Positions 16,257-25,832 of a DNA stretch of 64,000 nucleotides are shown in pieces (within the stretch, counting starts at the first letter, position 1; every line of letters starts with the position of its first letter). This DNA is from Frankiaceae bacterium (GTDB lineage Bacteria; Actinomycetota; Actinomycetes; BP-191). Location: NCBI GenBank assembly GCA_035940575.1, contig DASZER010000067.1, positions 7,729 to 71,728 on the forward strand, written 5' to 3'. Position numbers and translations under genes: made by a program. The notes beneath the pieces were generated by a model, which was not told the origin of the DNA, did no database searches, and was given only the letters and a program-made list of their open reading frames with translations.

Positions 16257-18665
16257 CTACCCTTCGCGCGGGCGCCGCCTCCGGTTCATCAGCACGGTCG
16301 CGGCGACGAGGCCGAGGATCGTCAGGAACGCCAGCAGCAGGCCGCGCTTGTGCGCCGAGTCCTCGTAGCGGAACTCCACCGTGTGCGTGCCGCCGGGGAC
16401 GCGTACGCCGCGGAACGCGTGGTCGACGCGCAGCAGCTCGGCGCTCTCGCCGTCGACGTAGACCCGCCACTGCGGGTACCACGGGTCGGACAGCACGAGC
16501 AGCGTCGGCGCGGCGGCGTCGACGGTCGCGCGGACGGTGGTGTTGCCGACGCGCACGTCGCGGACGGTCCCGGTGCCGCTCACGTCGACCGGCTTCTCCA
16601 CGACCGCGCGGGTCTGGAGCGGGAACTCGTCGAGCACCTTCAGCCGCTCGGCCTCGCCGGGGACGACCTGCACCGACCCGACGGCGCGGACGATCGGCGG
16701 CGCGGGGCGCCCCCACAGCTCGGCGAACGCGAACTGCTCGACCCGCGTGAAGCCGTGCGCGGTGAGGACCGCCTGCTCGGCCGGCGGCAGGGCGTTGGTC
16801 ACGAACCACCGCACCCCGAGGAAGTCGAGCGTCTCCCACGACCACCCCGACGGCGGCGTGACGTGGACGCCGCGGTGCACGGCGCCGGAGACGTTCATCG
16901 AGACCTCGAAGAACTCCTTGTAGAGCTTGAACGGCATCAGGCCGCCGTCGCGGCCGATGACGGTCTCGACGTGCTTGCCGACGTGGACGTTCGGGCGCGC
17001 GATGACGCGGTAGCCGAAGCCCGCGCGGAAGTAGTCGCTCTCGATGCCCGGCTCGACGCCGGCGGGGATCGGGATGGGGTTGCCGGTCGCGCCCTCGCTC
17101 GGCATCTTCGCGTTCGTCACGAAGCGCCCGCCCTCGCGGGCCATCCGCTCGATGATCGCGCCGTAGTCGTCGTAGGTCTCGTTCGGGGCGACCTGCCGGT
17201 ACTCCGCGCGCGGCCGGGCGGCGTTGAGCTCGTAGCCGGTCGTCACGACGAGCACCGCGGCGAGCAGCAGGCGCGGCACCCGCGGGAACGCCGCCGCCAC
17301 CCAGACGAGCGCGCCGAGCAGCGCGACGACGCCCCACTCGGTGAGCGAGCCGAGCGGCTTCGTGAGGTCGCCGAGCGCGAACACGAACACCCCGCCCGCG
17401 ACGAGCAGCAACGCGGCCCGCCCCGCGTCGACGAGCCGCGCGCGCCAGGTGCCAGAGCGCAGCAGCGCGTCGACGCCGTACGCCGCCGCCGCAGACAGCG
17501 CGAACGTCGGCAGCATCAGGTACCGCGACGGGACGCGGAAGCCGCGCACGATGGAGACGTTGTCGTAGAGGAAGCCGTAGAGCGGGGTCGCGTGGCCGAG
17601 CGCCATCGTGAAGCCGAACGCCGCCAGCACGACGAAGAACGCGCGCAGCCAGCGCTGCTCCCGCGTCCCGCGGACCGCGAGCCCGAGGATCGCGAGCGCG
17701 AGGGCGAGCAGGCCGATGTGGGACGGGTTCTCGCCGTAGACGACGCGGCCGAAGTCGGGCAGCAGCGCGTTGACCGCGATGGACTTCGGGAGCGGGTACT
17801 GCTCGCGGAAGTTCGCCGCCTGGCGGTAGCCCTGCGAGCGCAGCGTGAGCGTCGGGAAGAGCTGCCAGCCGAACAGCAGCACGAACAGCACGACCGCGCC
17901 GCCGAGCCGCGCGATCGACCGCCACGCCCGTCCCGGCCAGGCGCGGAGCCCGTCGCCGAACGTCCACACGGTGCCGTAGAGCGCGAGCGCGCCGACCGTG
18001 TAGACCCACTCCTCGGGGTGGCCCGCGAGGAACTGCATGCCGATCGCCACCGCGGTCGCGACGACCCACCGGAGGCGGCCGCGTTCGAGCGCGAGGTGGC
18101 CGAACAGCAGCACCAGCGGCATCCACGAGATGGCCTGGAGCTGGTTGGTGAGGATGACGTGCTGCAGGCTGACGCCGCTGAACCCGAACGCGAGCCCGCC
18201 GAGCACCGACGCCGCCATCGACGCGCGCAGCGCGAAGCGGCAGTAGCACCACATCGAGAACGCCGCGAACGCCACTGTCGTCGCGACGACGACCTCGAGC
18301 GCGGTCGACGTCGGGAGGAACAGCCAGGGCGCGTTGCCTATGTAGTAGACGGCGTGCTGGATGTTCGCGATGAACGGCACGCCGCCGTACAGGTCGCGCG
18401 TCCACGTCGGGAGGAAGCCGTCGCGCAGGTAGTCCGCGGCGGCCTGGCGGTCGGGGCCGATGCCGTTGATGAGGACGTCCTGGAAGAACGTCGCGCCGGA
18501 GACGCGCAGGGCCTTGAGGACGACGACCGTGAAGAGCTGGTAGGCGGCGTAGACGCCGGCGCCCTCGAGCCAGAGCCGCCGGCGGCGGGGGAGCGGAGCC
18601 TCGGCGGTCGCGGGCGTCTCGCGCACCGCCGTCTCCGTCGTGGCGGGGTCGTGCGTGTCGGTCAC
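16257..18665 (-). CDS. YfhO-like polytopic membrane protein (GT-C-type glycosyltransferase candidate)
   Basis: Last 802 aa of ORF 16257..19271, from GTG 18665 (GTGA overlap with the upstream stop). It has many hydrophobic helices followed by a large extracytoplasmic C-terminal region and a final TM segment, as in YfhO. Confidence 0.75.
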   Translation of the reverse strand: MTDTHDPATTETAVRETPATAEAPLPRRRRLWLEGAGVYAAYQLFTVVVLKALRVSGATFFQDVLINGIGPDRQAAADYLRDGFLPTWTRDLYGGVPFIANIQHAVYYIGNAPWLFLPTSTALEVVVATTVAFAAFSMWCYCRFALRASMAASVLGGLAFGFSGVSLQHVILTNQLQAISWMPLVLLFGHLALERGRLRWVVATAVAIGMQFLAGHPEEWVYTVGALALYGTVWTFGDGLRAWPGRAWRSIARLGGAVVLFVLLFGWQLFPTLTLRSQGYRQAANFREQYPLPKSIAVNALLPDFGRVVYGENPSHIGLLALALAILGLAVRGTREQRWLRAFFVVLAAFGFTMALGHATPLYGFLYDNVSIVRGFRVPSRYLMLPTFALSAAAAYGVDALLRSGTWRARLVDAGRAALLLVAGGVFVFALGDLTKPLGSLTEWGVVALLGALVWVAAAFPRVPRLLLAAVLVVTTGYELNAARPRAEYRQVAPNETYDDYGAIIERMAREGGRFVTNAKMPSEGATGNPIPIPAGVEPGIESDYFRAGFGYRVIARPNVHVGKHVETVIGRDGGLMPFKLYKEFFEVSMNVSGAVHRGVHVTPPSGWSWETLDFLGVRWFVTNALPPAEQAVLTAHGFTRVEQFAFAELWGRPAPPIVRAVGSVQVVPGEAERLKVLDEFPLQTRAVVEKPVDVSGTGTVRDVRVGNTTVRATVDAAAPTLLVLSDPWYPQWRVYVDGESAELLRVDHAFRGVRVPGGTHTVEFRYEDSAHKRGLLLAFLTILGLVAATVLMNRRRRPREG

Positions 18666-19384
18666 GGCTTCCTCGCGGCGAGCATGTAGCCGAGGCTGAC
18701 GCGCGTCGCGCTGCCCTTCACGCGGCGCGGCGTGCGGCGGACGCGGATGAACCCCTCCTGCGGCAGCGCGAGCAGCGCGCGCAGCGGCCCGCGCCGGGCG
18801 AGCGGCCCGAGCGCGGCGACGAGGAACAGCACGACGTAGTGCGCGAGCAGACGCCCCGCGCCCCCCTTCGCCTCGACGTCGAGCACCTCGAAGCCGTGCC
18901 GCTCCATGAGGTCGCGCAGGCCGTAGTGGGTGAAGCGGCGCATGTCGTACGGCGGCTCGTGGGTCGGGTAGAGGTACGGGACCGTGACGAGCACGGTGCC
19001 GCCGGAGCGCGTCACGCGGAACAGCTCCGACGCCGCCCGCTCCGCGTCCTGCACGTGCTCGAGGACCTCGGTGCAGAGCACCGTGTCGAACGTCCCCGTC
19101 GCGAACGGCAGCCGGTCCGCGTAGCCGACGACGTCGACGCCTTCGAGCGGCGCGGCGTCGAGGGCGTACGACGACTCGACGAGCGGGGCGTACCACGGCT
19201 CGTACGGGCGGTTGCCGCAGCCGGCGTCGAGCAGCCGCCCGCCGACGAGGGCGCGGTGCTCGTGCAGCCACTCGCCGACCGCCGCGCCCGGGATGAGCGA
19301 GAGCGTCGTGTCGCGGTTGGAGTACGGGATGCCGTTGACGAGGCGGACGGGGCCGCGGCGCTCGCGGAGGCGGGCGTCGTTCAC
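18662..19384 (-). CDS. class I SAM-dependent methyltransferase (Methyltransf_11-like)
   Basis: ORF 18662..19384. Motif I is LLDAGCGNRPY and the post-I motif is DTVLCTEVLEHV. Confidence 0.85.
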   Translation of the reverse strand: MNDARLRERRGPVRLVNGIPYSNRDTTLSLIPGAAVGEWLHEHRALVGGRLLDAGCGNRPYEPWYAPLVESSYALDAAPLEGVDVVGYADRLPFATGTFDTVLCTEVLEHVQDAERAASELFRVTRSGGTVLVTVPYLYPTHEPPYDMRRFTHYGLRDLMERHGFEVLDVEAKGGAGRLLAHYVVLFLVAALGPLARRGPLRALLALPQEGFIRVRRTPRRVKGSATRVSLGYMLAARKP

Positions 19385-20319
19385 GAATCGACCGTATCGC
19401 GGCGGAGGCGTTCGAGCCCTTCGCGCAACGACACGTTCGGGGACCAGCCGAGCGCCTCGCGGGCGAGCGTGACGTCGAGCCAGTTGTGCGGCACGTCGAA
19501 GCCTCGGTCGGGCTCGCGCACGATCTCGACGCCGCCGAACACCTCGTCCACGAGGTCCGCCAGCTCGCCGAGCGAGGTCGCGACGCCGGAGCCGACGTTG
19601 ACGACGGGCGGCGAGCCGGGCGTGACGAGCAGCGCGGCGCGCGCGACGTCCTCGACGTGCACGAAGTCGCGGACGACGTGCGGGTCGCCGAACAGCGTGA
19701 TCGGCCTCCCCTGCGAGGCCGCCTCGACCCAGTGCGCGACCACGCCCTGGCCGCTGCCGGTGCGCTGCCCGGGGCCGTAGACGTTGCTGATCCGCAGCAC
19801 CGTCGCGGGGCCCGCGGCGAGCAGCGCGCGCTCCATCGCGAGCCGCGCGGTGCCGTAGCGGCCGCGCGGCTTCACGGGCGAGGACTCCGTGTACGGTGGC
19901 GGCACGTCGGTGTCGTAGGCCGTGCCGCCGGACCCGGGGAACACCACGTACGGGCGGCGCGGCGCCCGGGCCAGCACGTCGAGGAACGCGTCGAACGACG
20001 CCTGCTCGTCGGCGAGCAGCTCGGGGCGCGACTCGGCGGTGGCCGGGTTGGCGGCGCTGGCGAGGTAGTAGACGACGTCCGCGCCGGCCGCGGAGACGAA
20101 CGGAGCGTCACGGGTGTACGGGTCGTACGGCACGTCCGCGGCACGGAGGGCGGCGCAGACGGCGCCGCCGAGGAAGCCGCTCGCCCCGACTACCGCCGCG
20201 CGAACTGTGCACCCCGCGGCATGAGTCGGCTCCTCGTCGTCGCGTCGACGTTCCCGGCGCGGGCGGGCGACGGTACGCCCGGGTTCGTCCGCGACCTCGC
20301 GCAGTACGAGGCGCGTCAT
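19381..20319 (-). CDS. NAD-dependent epimerase/dehydratase (SDR); true start uncertain
   Basis: Part of ORF 19381..20781. Rossmann motif VVGASGFLG at ~20170-20196. Family-like text GRYGTARLAMERAL and ISNVYGPGQ. The only upstream canonical start is ATG 20319, which overlaps the divergent GT4 gene. Confidence 0.75.
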   Translation of the reverse strand: MTRLVLREVADEPGRTVARPRRERRRDDEEPTHAAGCTVRAAVVGASGFLGGAVCAALRAADVPYDPYTRDAPFVSAAGADVVYYLASAANPATAESRPELLADEQASFDAFLDVLARAPRRPYVVFPGSGGTAYDTDVPPPYTESSPVKPRGRYGTARLAMERALLAAGPATVLRISNVYGPGQRTGSGQGVVAHWVEAASQGRPITLFGDPHVVRDFVHVEDVARAALLVTPGSPPVVNVGSGVATSLGELADLVDEVFGGVEIVREPDRGFDVPHNWLDVTLAREALGWSPNVSLREGLERLRRDTVDS

Positions 20320-21384
20320 TTTGACACGCTCGTGCTCGTGCCAAGGACACCCGGCGCGCCCGCGCGCGAGCGTGTCTCGGACTCGCTGACGATCGAGTGG
20401 TTCCCGTACTTCCCGCGCAGGTGGGAGGCGCTCGCGCACGGCGCGATGGTCGAGAACATGCGCAAGTCCAAGGGCATGCTCGCGCAGGTGCCGTTCTTCC
20501 TCGGCGCGGAGCTGGCCGCGATCCGCAAGGCGGTGCGCCGGTTCAGGCCGGACGTCATCCACGCGCACTGGGTCGTGCCGCAGGGGGCGGCGGTGCTGAT
20601 GGCGGCGCGCGGGGTGCCGTTCGTCCTCACGACGCTCGGCGGCGACCTCTACGCCCTCAACGGCGCGCTGCCCACGCGCCTCAAGCGCGCGGTGGTCGAG
20701 AAGGCGTCGTCGCTGACGACCATGAACACCGACATGCGCGAGCGCCTGCTCGCGCTCGGCGCGGACCCGGAGCGCACGCACGTCGTCCCGATGGGCGCCG
20801 ACCTCGACGCGCTGCGCAAGACGGGCGAGGGAGTCGAACGCGTGCCCGGCCGGATGCTGTTCGCCGGGCGGCTCGTGGAGAAGAAGGGCGGCGCCGTCCT
20901 CCTCGAGGCGCTGCGCTCGCTGCCGTCCGGCTGGTCGCTCGACGTCGTCGGCGACGGCCCGCTGCGCGCGGACCTCGAGCGCGCGGCGGCGGGGATGCCG
21001 GTGCGCTTCCTAGGCCAGCTCTCGCGGGTCGAGCTCGCGAAGGCGATGTACGCCGCCGAGGTCGTCGTCGTGCCCTCGGTGCCCGCCGCCTCCGGCGACC
21101 AGGACGGCCTGCCCGTCGTGCTGCTCGAAGCCATGGGCGCGGGCAGCGCGATCGTCGCGTCGCGCCTCGCCGGCATCGACGAGGCGGTCGTGGACGGCGA
21201 GAGCGGGCTGCTCGTACCGCCGGGCGACGTGGCGGCGTTGCGCGACGCGCTGGCGGGGCTGCTGGCCGACCCTGGCCGCCGCGCGGCGCTCGGCGCGGCG
21301 GCGGCGGAGCGGGCCGAGTCGTTCTCGGTCGAGGCGATCGGCGAGCGCTACGTCGCGCTGCTGAACGACGCCCTGCGCCGCTAG
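20221..21384 (+). CDS. GT4-family (GT-B) glycosyltransferase
   Basis: In-frame ATG 20221 inside ORF 19486..21384 (MSRLLVVASTFPARAGDG...). The C-terminal EAMGAGSAIVASRLAGIDEAVVDGESGLLVPPGD is the GT4 E-x7-E region. Confidence 0.85.
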   Translation: MSRLLVVASTFPARAGDGTPGFVRDLAQYEARHFDTLVLVPRTPGAPARERVSDSLTIEWFPYFPRRWEALAHGAMVENMRKSKGMLAQVPFFLGAELAAIRKAVRRFRPDVIHAHWVVPQGAAVLMAARGVPFVLTTLGGDLYALNGALPTRLKRAVVEKASSLTTMNTDMRERLLALGADPERTHVVPMGADLDALRKTGEGVERVPGRMLFAGRLVEKKGGAVLLEALRSLPSGWSLDVVGDGPLRADLERAAAGMPVRFLGQLSRVELAKAMYAAEVVVVPSVPAASGDQDGLPVVLLEAMGAGSAIVASRLAGIDEAVVDGESGLLVPPGDVAALRDALAGLLADPGRRAALGAAAAERAESFSVEAIGERYVALLNDALRR

Positions 21385-21388
21385 CGGG

Positions 21389-22294
21389 CTACAGCTCGCC
21401 CGGGCGGCGCTCGGAGAGGAAGCGTTCGAGCTCGGCGCCGAGCTCCTCGCCGGTCGGCAGCCGCTGGCCGTCGAGCAGCCCGCCGCGCGCGGTGACGAAC
21501 GAGTCGTACTGCTCCTCCAGCGCGCGTACGACGGCGGCGACCTCGGCGTTGTCGTCGACCTGCTCGTCGATGAGCCGCCGCGTCTCCTCCGCCGCCCGCA
21601 GCAGGCCCTCCGTCGGCAGCGACAGGCCCGAGACGCGCGCGATCGCGTCGACCAGCGCGGCGGACGCGGCGGGGTACTCCGCCTGCGCGACGTAGTGCGG
21701 CACGTGGACCGCGAACCCGCACGCGTCGTGCCCCCACTGCCCGAGCCGGTACTCCAGCAGGTGGCCCGCCGCACCGGGCACCTGCACGGTCGCCACCCAC
21801 GGGTCGAAGCCCTCGGTCAGGTCGCGCCGCGAGCCGTGCGCGATGAGCCCGGCCGGGCGCGTGTGCGGCACGGCCATCGGGATGGCATTGAGGCCGACGT
21901 AGAGGCGCACGCCGAGCCGTTCCACGAGCACCCGCACGGCCGCGGTGAACCGCTCCCACTGCACGTCCGGCTCCGGCCCGGCGAGCAGGAGGTACGGCGT
22001 GCCGTGCGCGTCGCGCAGGGCCGTGAGCGTCAGGGCCGGCGCGTCGTAGGACTCCCAGTGGTCCTCCACGAACAGCATCACCGGACGCCGCGCGCGGTAG
22101 TCGTGGAGCTGGTCGACGTCGAACGTCGCTACCACCCGCGCCTCCGGCGACGACGCGACGAGGTGCTCGCGGGCGAGCCGCCGCGCCGCGCCCGCGTCCA
22201 CGAAGCCGTCGAGCGCCTGGACCAGCACCGGCCGGCCCAGGTCGCCGCCGGCGAAGGCGGGGTCGAGCGTGAACAGGCCCTCCGGATCGAGCAT
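21389..22294 (-). CDS. PAC2 (proteasome assembly chaperone 2-like) family protein
   Basis: ORF 21389..22294. PVLVQALDGFVDAGAA and LLLAGPEPDVQWERF are typical of actinobacterial PAC2 proteins. Confidence 0.8.
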   Translation of the reverse strand: MLDPEGLFTLDPAFAGGDLGRPVLVQALDGFVDAGAARRLAREHLVASSPEARVVATFDVDQLHDYRARRPVMLFVEDHWESYDAPALTLTALRDAHGTPYLLLAGPEPDVQWERFTAAVRVLVERLGVRLYVGLNAIPMAVPHTRPAGLIAHGSRRDLTEGFDPWVATVQVPGAAGHLLEYRLGQWGHDACGFAVHVPHYVAQAEYPAASAALVDAIARVSGLSLPTEGLLRAAEETRRLIDEQVDDNAEVAAVVRALEEQYDSFVTARGGLLDGQRLPTGEELGAELERFLSERRPGEL

Positions 22295-22344
22295 CCGCCC
22301 ATCCTGCCGCAGGAGATTCGCCCGCGCGCCGCGAATCGGGCGCC

Positions 22345-23715
22345 GTGACCCCTCGCCTCGCGTTCCTGCCGCTCGCCGCCCTGCTCGCCCTCGCCGTCCC
22401 CGCGACCGCCGCCCCGAACGGCGGCACGTGGGAGACGGCGTTCACGGCGACGGAGTGCGGCGCCAAGGTGGCGCTGCCCGTCGAGCCGGGGGAGACCTCG
22501 CTCGCCGTCACCGCCGCCGCGACCGTCCCGGCCAACGACATCGTGCTGAACGTCTTCCGCAACGGCACCCTCCTCGCCGCCACCGACAGCGCGACGAGCC
22601 CCGAGGCGTACGTCGCGCAGCGCCTCGACCCGCCCGCCGCGGCGGGCGACACCGTCGAGGCGCAGGTCTGCCCGTACGCCGACCCGGAGGTGCCGCTCAC
22701 GGCGCCGTACACGGCGACCGGCACGTACGCGTGGGCGTCCGCGCCGTCCGCGCCGTCGGTGGGCGGCGGCGGCGAGCCGGCCGAGCCGGGCAGGAAGGAC
22801 GTCGTCGTGCACGCGCTCGACGACGTCCTGATCCCGTGGGGCGCGCCGGGCGCGAGCGCCGACGTGGCGTTCCCCGAGGGGACGTACGACAAGGCGGAGC
22901 TCGTGTTCTCCGACCACCCGGACGGCGACGCGTTCGACCGGCTCATCACGGTCGAGGTCGACGGCGTGGAGATGTTCCGCGCGACCGGCCCGCGCGTCGA
23001 CTACTCGGTGCGGTGGGACGTGACGCCGTACCTGTCGCTGCTGTCCGGCGGGACGCACAAGGTCATGGTGCGCGAGGAGTCCTACCTCGGCCGCGGCCAC
23101 TGGGTGACGCTGGACTTCGTGCTGCACGAGGCGAAGCGGACGCCGCCGTCGGTCGCCGACTCCATCAGCGCGCCGTGGAGCTACGCGGGCCTGGCGCCCA
23201 AGTCCGGCGGCGGCTGCGCCGGCAACCTCGGCGACGTCAACCCGGCCTACGCCGCGCACATCGACGACACCCGCGCGTTCACCCGCCCCGAGGGCGAGGT
23301 GCGCAGCGCGACGTTCTACGGCTACCTCACCGCGCACGGCTGCGAGGAGTTCTGGTACTCGACCGTCCGCCCGACGCCCGTGCGCCAGGTGCACCTCGCG
23401 ATCGACGGCGCGTCGTTCGCCGACTTCGTGCCGTTCCCGTACACGTACGCGTTCGTCGGCGGCTACCCCGAGGACCCGGTGTGGAGCGCCGCCGACCAGG
23501 CCGCGTGGAACACCGCGCAGCCGGTCCTCGCGGACAACGGCGTCTACACGGGGACGGGCGTGATCCCGCCGTACACGTTCGACGTGACCGACGTCGTGAA
23601 GGGCCTCGCGCCCGGCGAGCACTCGCTGTCGATCCGCATCGACAACGGCAACGGCACGTGGTTCCTCTCCGGTCAGGTGCTCGTCTCGTCGGGCAAGGGC
23701 AAGCCCTCCCGCTGA
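22345..23715 (+). CDS. secreted protein, peptide-N-glycosidase (PNGase A-like) family candidate
   Basis: ORF 22345..23715 with a signal peptide. FDRLITVEVDGVEMFRATGPRVDYSVRWDVTPYLSLL resembles the PNGase A core as I recall it. Confidence 0.7.
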   Translation: MTPRLAFLPLAALLALAVPATAAPNGGTWETAFTATECGAKVALPVEPGETSLAVTAAATVPANDIVLNVFRNGTLLAATDSATSPEAYVAQRLDPPAAAGDTVEAQVCPYADPEVPLTAPYTATGTYAWASAPSAPSVGGGGEPAEPGRKDVVVHALDDVLIPWGAPGASADVAFPEGTYDKAELVFSDHPDGDAFDRLITVEVDGVEMFRATGPRVDYSVRWDVTPYLSLLSGGTHKVMVREESYLGRGHWVTLDFVLHEAKRTPPSVADSISAPWSYAGLAPKSGGGCAGNLGDVNPAYAAHIDDTRAFTRPEGEVRSATFYGYLTAHGCEEFWYSTVRPTPVRQVHLAIDGASFADFVPFPYTYAFVGGYPEDPVWSAADQAAWNTAQPVLADNGVYTGTGVIPPYTFDVTDVVKGLAPGEHSLSIRIDNGNGTWFLSGQVLVSSGKGKPSR

Positions 23716-23771
23716 GCCCGGTGACGCATTCGTGGCGAGGCCGCTAGCCGGGTCGCGGGTACGGGGACGGC

Positions 23772-24365
23772 GTGGCCGACGACGTGACGTTCTGGTTCGA
23801 CCCCGGCTGCCCGTGGACGTGGGCGACGTCGCGCTGGCTGGTCGACGCCGCGCGCGAGCGCGACCTGCGCGTCCGCTGGCGGCCGATGTCGCTGGCGATC
23901 CTCAACGCCGACCGCGAGCTCGAGCCGTGGCTGCGCGAGCGGCTTGAGCTCGGCGCGCGGGTGCTGCGGGTCGTCGCGGCGGTGCGCGACAACGACGCGC
24001 GCGAGCGGTTCTTCGAGACGTACGCGACGCGCGTCCACGAGCGCAAGGAGCCGTTCGAGGCCGCGACGGTCGAGGCGGCGTTGCGCGACGCGCACCTCGA
24101 CCCCGCGCTGGTCGCCGCGATGGACGACGACACGTGGGACGTCGTCGTGCGGGCCGAGCACGAGGCGGCCCAGGAGGCGGCGGGCGGCGAGTCAGGCAGC
24201 CCGGTCATGGAGTACCGGGGCGTCGGCTGGTTCGGGCCGGTGCTCTCGCCCGCGCCGCGCGGCGCCGAGGCGGGCGAGGTGTGGGACGACCTGACGCGGT
24301 TCATCACGCGCGACGAGGTCTTCGAGGTCAAGCGCGGCCGCACCCGGGGCCCCGCCGTCGCGTAG
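23772..24365 (+). CDS. DsbA-fold thiol oxidoreductase, Rv2466c-like (mycothiol-dependent reductase family), with a CPWT active-site variant
   Basis: ORF 23772..24365. FWFDPGCPWTWATSRW, MSLAILN and FGPVLSPAPRGAEAGEVWD resemble Rv2466c-type proteins. Confidence 0.75.
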   Translation: MADDVTFWFDPGCPWTWATSRWLVDAARERDLRVRWRPMSLAILNADRELEPWLRERLELGARVLRVVAAVRDNDARERFFETYATRVHERKEPFEAATVEAALRDAHLDPALVAAMDDDTWDVVVRAEHEAAQEAAGGESGSPVMEYRGVGWFGPVLSPAPRGAEAGEVWDDLTRFITRDEVFEVKRGRTRGPAVA

Positions 24366-25679
24366 CTACCCGTAGAGCGGCTCGTCGTTGCCGCCGTGGT
24401 GCGAGCACGACCCCTGGCGCCCGCCCGAGTGGCTGTACATCCCGTCGTCGCAGCGCATGACGTAGCCGTTCGTGCTCTCCCAGAACGACGGGATGCAGTC
24501 GAAGTAGGAGCAGAAGCTCGACGGCGGGCTGCTGATGTACGAGCCCCGCCCGCAGTGGTTGTAGCCCCACGGGTTCGCGGCGGCGCCGCACGTGGAGACC
24601 GCGGGCTTCGGAGCGGGCGGGCGCGTCGTCGCCCGGACGACGACCTGCGCCCGCGTCGGCCGCGCGGCGGGCCGCGCCGTGGTCGGGCGCGGGGCGGGCG
24701 GCGCGGTCGTCGGCCGCGGCGCGGGAGCCGTGGTCGGCGGGGGAGCGGCGACGGCCGGCTCGGCGGTGGGCTCGGGCGTGGGCTCGGCGCTCGGCGTCGT
24801 CACGACGGCCGGCGGCGCGGACTCCGCGGCGACCGTGCGGCTCGCCGCCTTCTCCGCCGGCGGCTCCGGCAGCACCGCGCCGAGCGCGCCGAGGGTGAGC
24901 GTCCCGACTATCACGCCCTGGGTGACCTTGCGTGCGAGCGAGTGGCCCGGCCGCCCGATGTACGCCACGCGCAGCGCGTGGAGCACGGGCCGCCCCGGCG
25001 CGTCCTCCGGCGTCACCACCGGCGGCGGGACGGGACGCGCGGCGGCGTGCGCGGCGCGCTCGGCCTCCAGCGCCGCGAGCAGCGGGGCGGTCTCGCCCTG
25101 GAACGCCGCGAGCGCCAGCGCGAGGGCGAAGTGGACGTACGGCGCCGCCGCCGGCTCGTAGAGCAGCCCGGAGACGTTCTGCCGGTTCGTCACGTGCAGC
25201 GCGGTGTACGGCGACGTCTCGTCGTGGGCGTAGCCGACGAGCTTGCCGAACGCCCACTCCCGCGTCTTGAGCCCGCCCTGGAACACCACGCGCTGCGTCG
25301 TCACGACCGCGACGCCGCTGTCCTTGACCTTGAGCACCTCGGGTCCGGGGACGTACGTGCCGCGCGAGCCACCCATCGAGTAGCGGAGGTTCTTCGTGAC
25401 GCGGTACGAGAACCCGGCGTAGCCGCGGACGTAGTGGCCCGGCGTGCGCGCGCACTCGACGAGGCGGATGCCGGAGAGCACCTGGACGAGGTGCTCGCCG
25501 CGCTTGAGCACGACGCCGGGCGGTGCCTCACCGGACGGTCCGGAGCGCACGCGGTCGGCGAAGCCGGCGAGGACGGCGTCGTCGGAGGCCCAGGCCTCGT
25601 GGGCGCGGCGGTACGCGGCGTGGCGGCGCGCGTTCTCGCGCTCCGCCCAGCGGACGGCGTGGCGAGCGGGCTCGGTCAT
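24366..25679 (-). CDS. membrane-anchored protein with a Pro/Thr/Ala linker and a C-terminal Cys-rich DUF3761-like domain
   Basis: Last 437 aa of ORF 24366..28730, from ATG 25679 (MTEPARHAV). There is one TM segment (VIVGTLTLGALGAVL). The C-terminus reads NPWGYN...YVMRCDDGMYSHSGGRQGSCSHHGG. Confidence 0.8.
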   Translation of the reverse strand: MTEPARHAVRWAERENARRHAAYRRAHEAWASDDAVLAGFADRVRSGPSGEAPPGVVLKRGEHLVQVLSGIRLVECARTPGHYVRGYAGFSYRVTKNLRYSMGGSRGTYVPGPEVLKVKDSGVAVVTTQRVVFQGGLKTREWAFGKLVGYAHDETSPYTALHVTNRQNVSGLLYEPAAAPYVHFALALALAAFQGETAPLLAALEAERAAHAAARPVPPPVVTPEDAPGRPVLHALRVAYIGRPGHSLARKVTQGVIVGTLTLGALGAVLPEPPAEKAASRTVAAESAPPAVVTTPSAEPTPEPTAEPAVAAPPPTTAPAPRPTTAPPAPRPTTARPAARPTRAQVVVRATTRPPAPKPAVSTCGAAANPWGYNHCGRGSYISSPPSSFCSYFDCIPSFWESTNGYVMRCDDGMYSHSGGRQGSCSHHGGNDEPLYG

Positions 25680-25832
25680 GGTTCCCCCGTGGCGGCGTGG
25701 CTGGAGGCCCCATCGTCGCCCGGGGGCGCGGCGCCGGTCCGCCGAACGGCCGAACTTGTCCCGATGCGGTCCCGGCGCGGCCTTCGCGCCGCTAGCCTGC
25801 CGGCACCGACTCAGTGGGGGGTTGTCTCGTTG

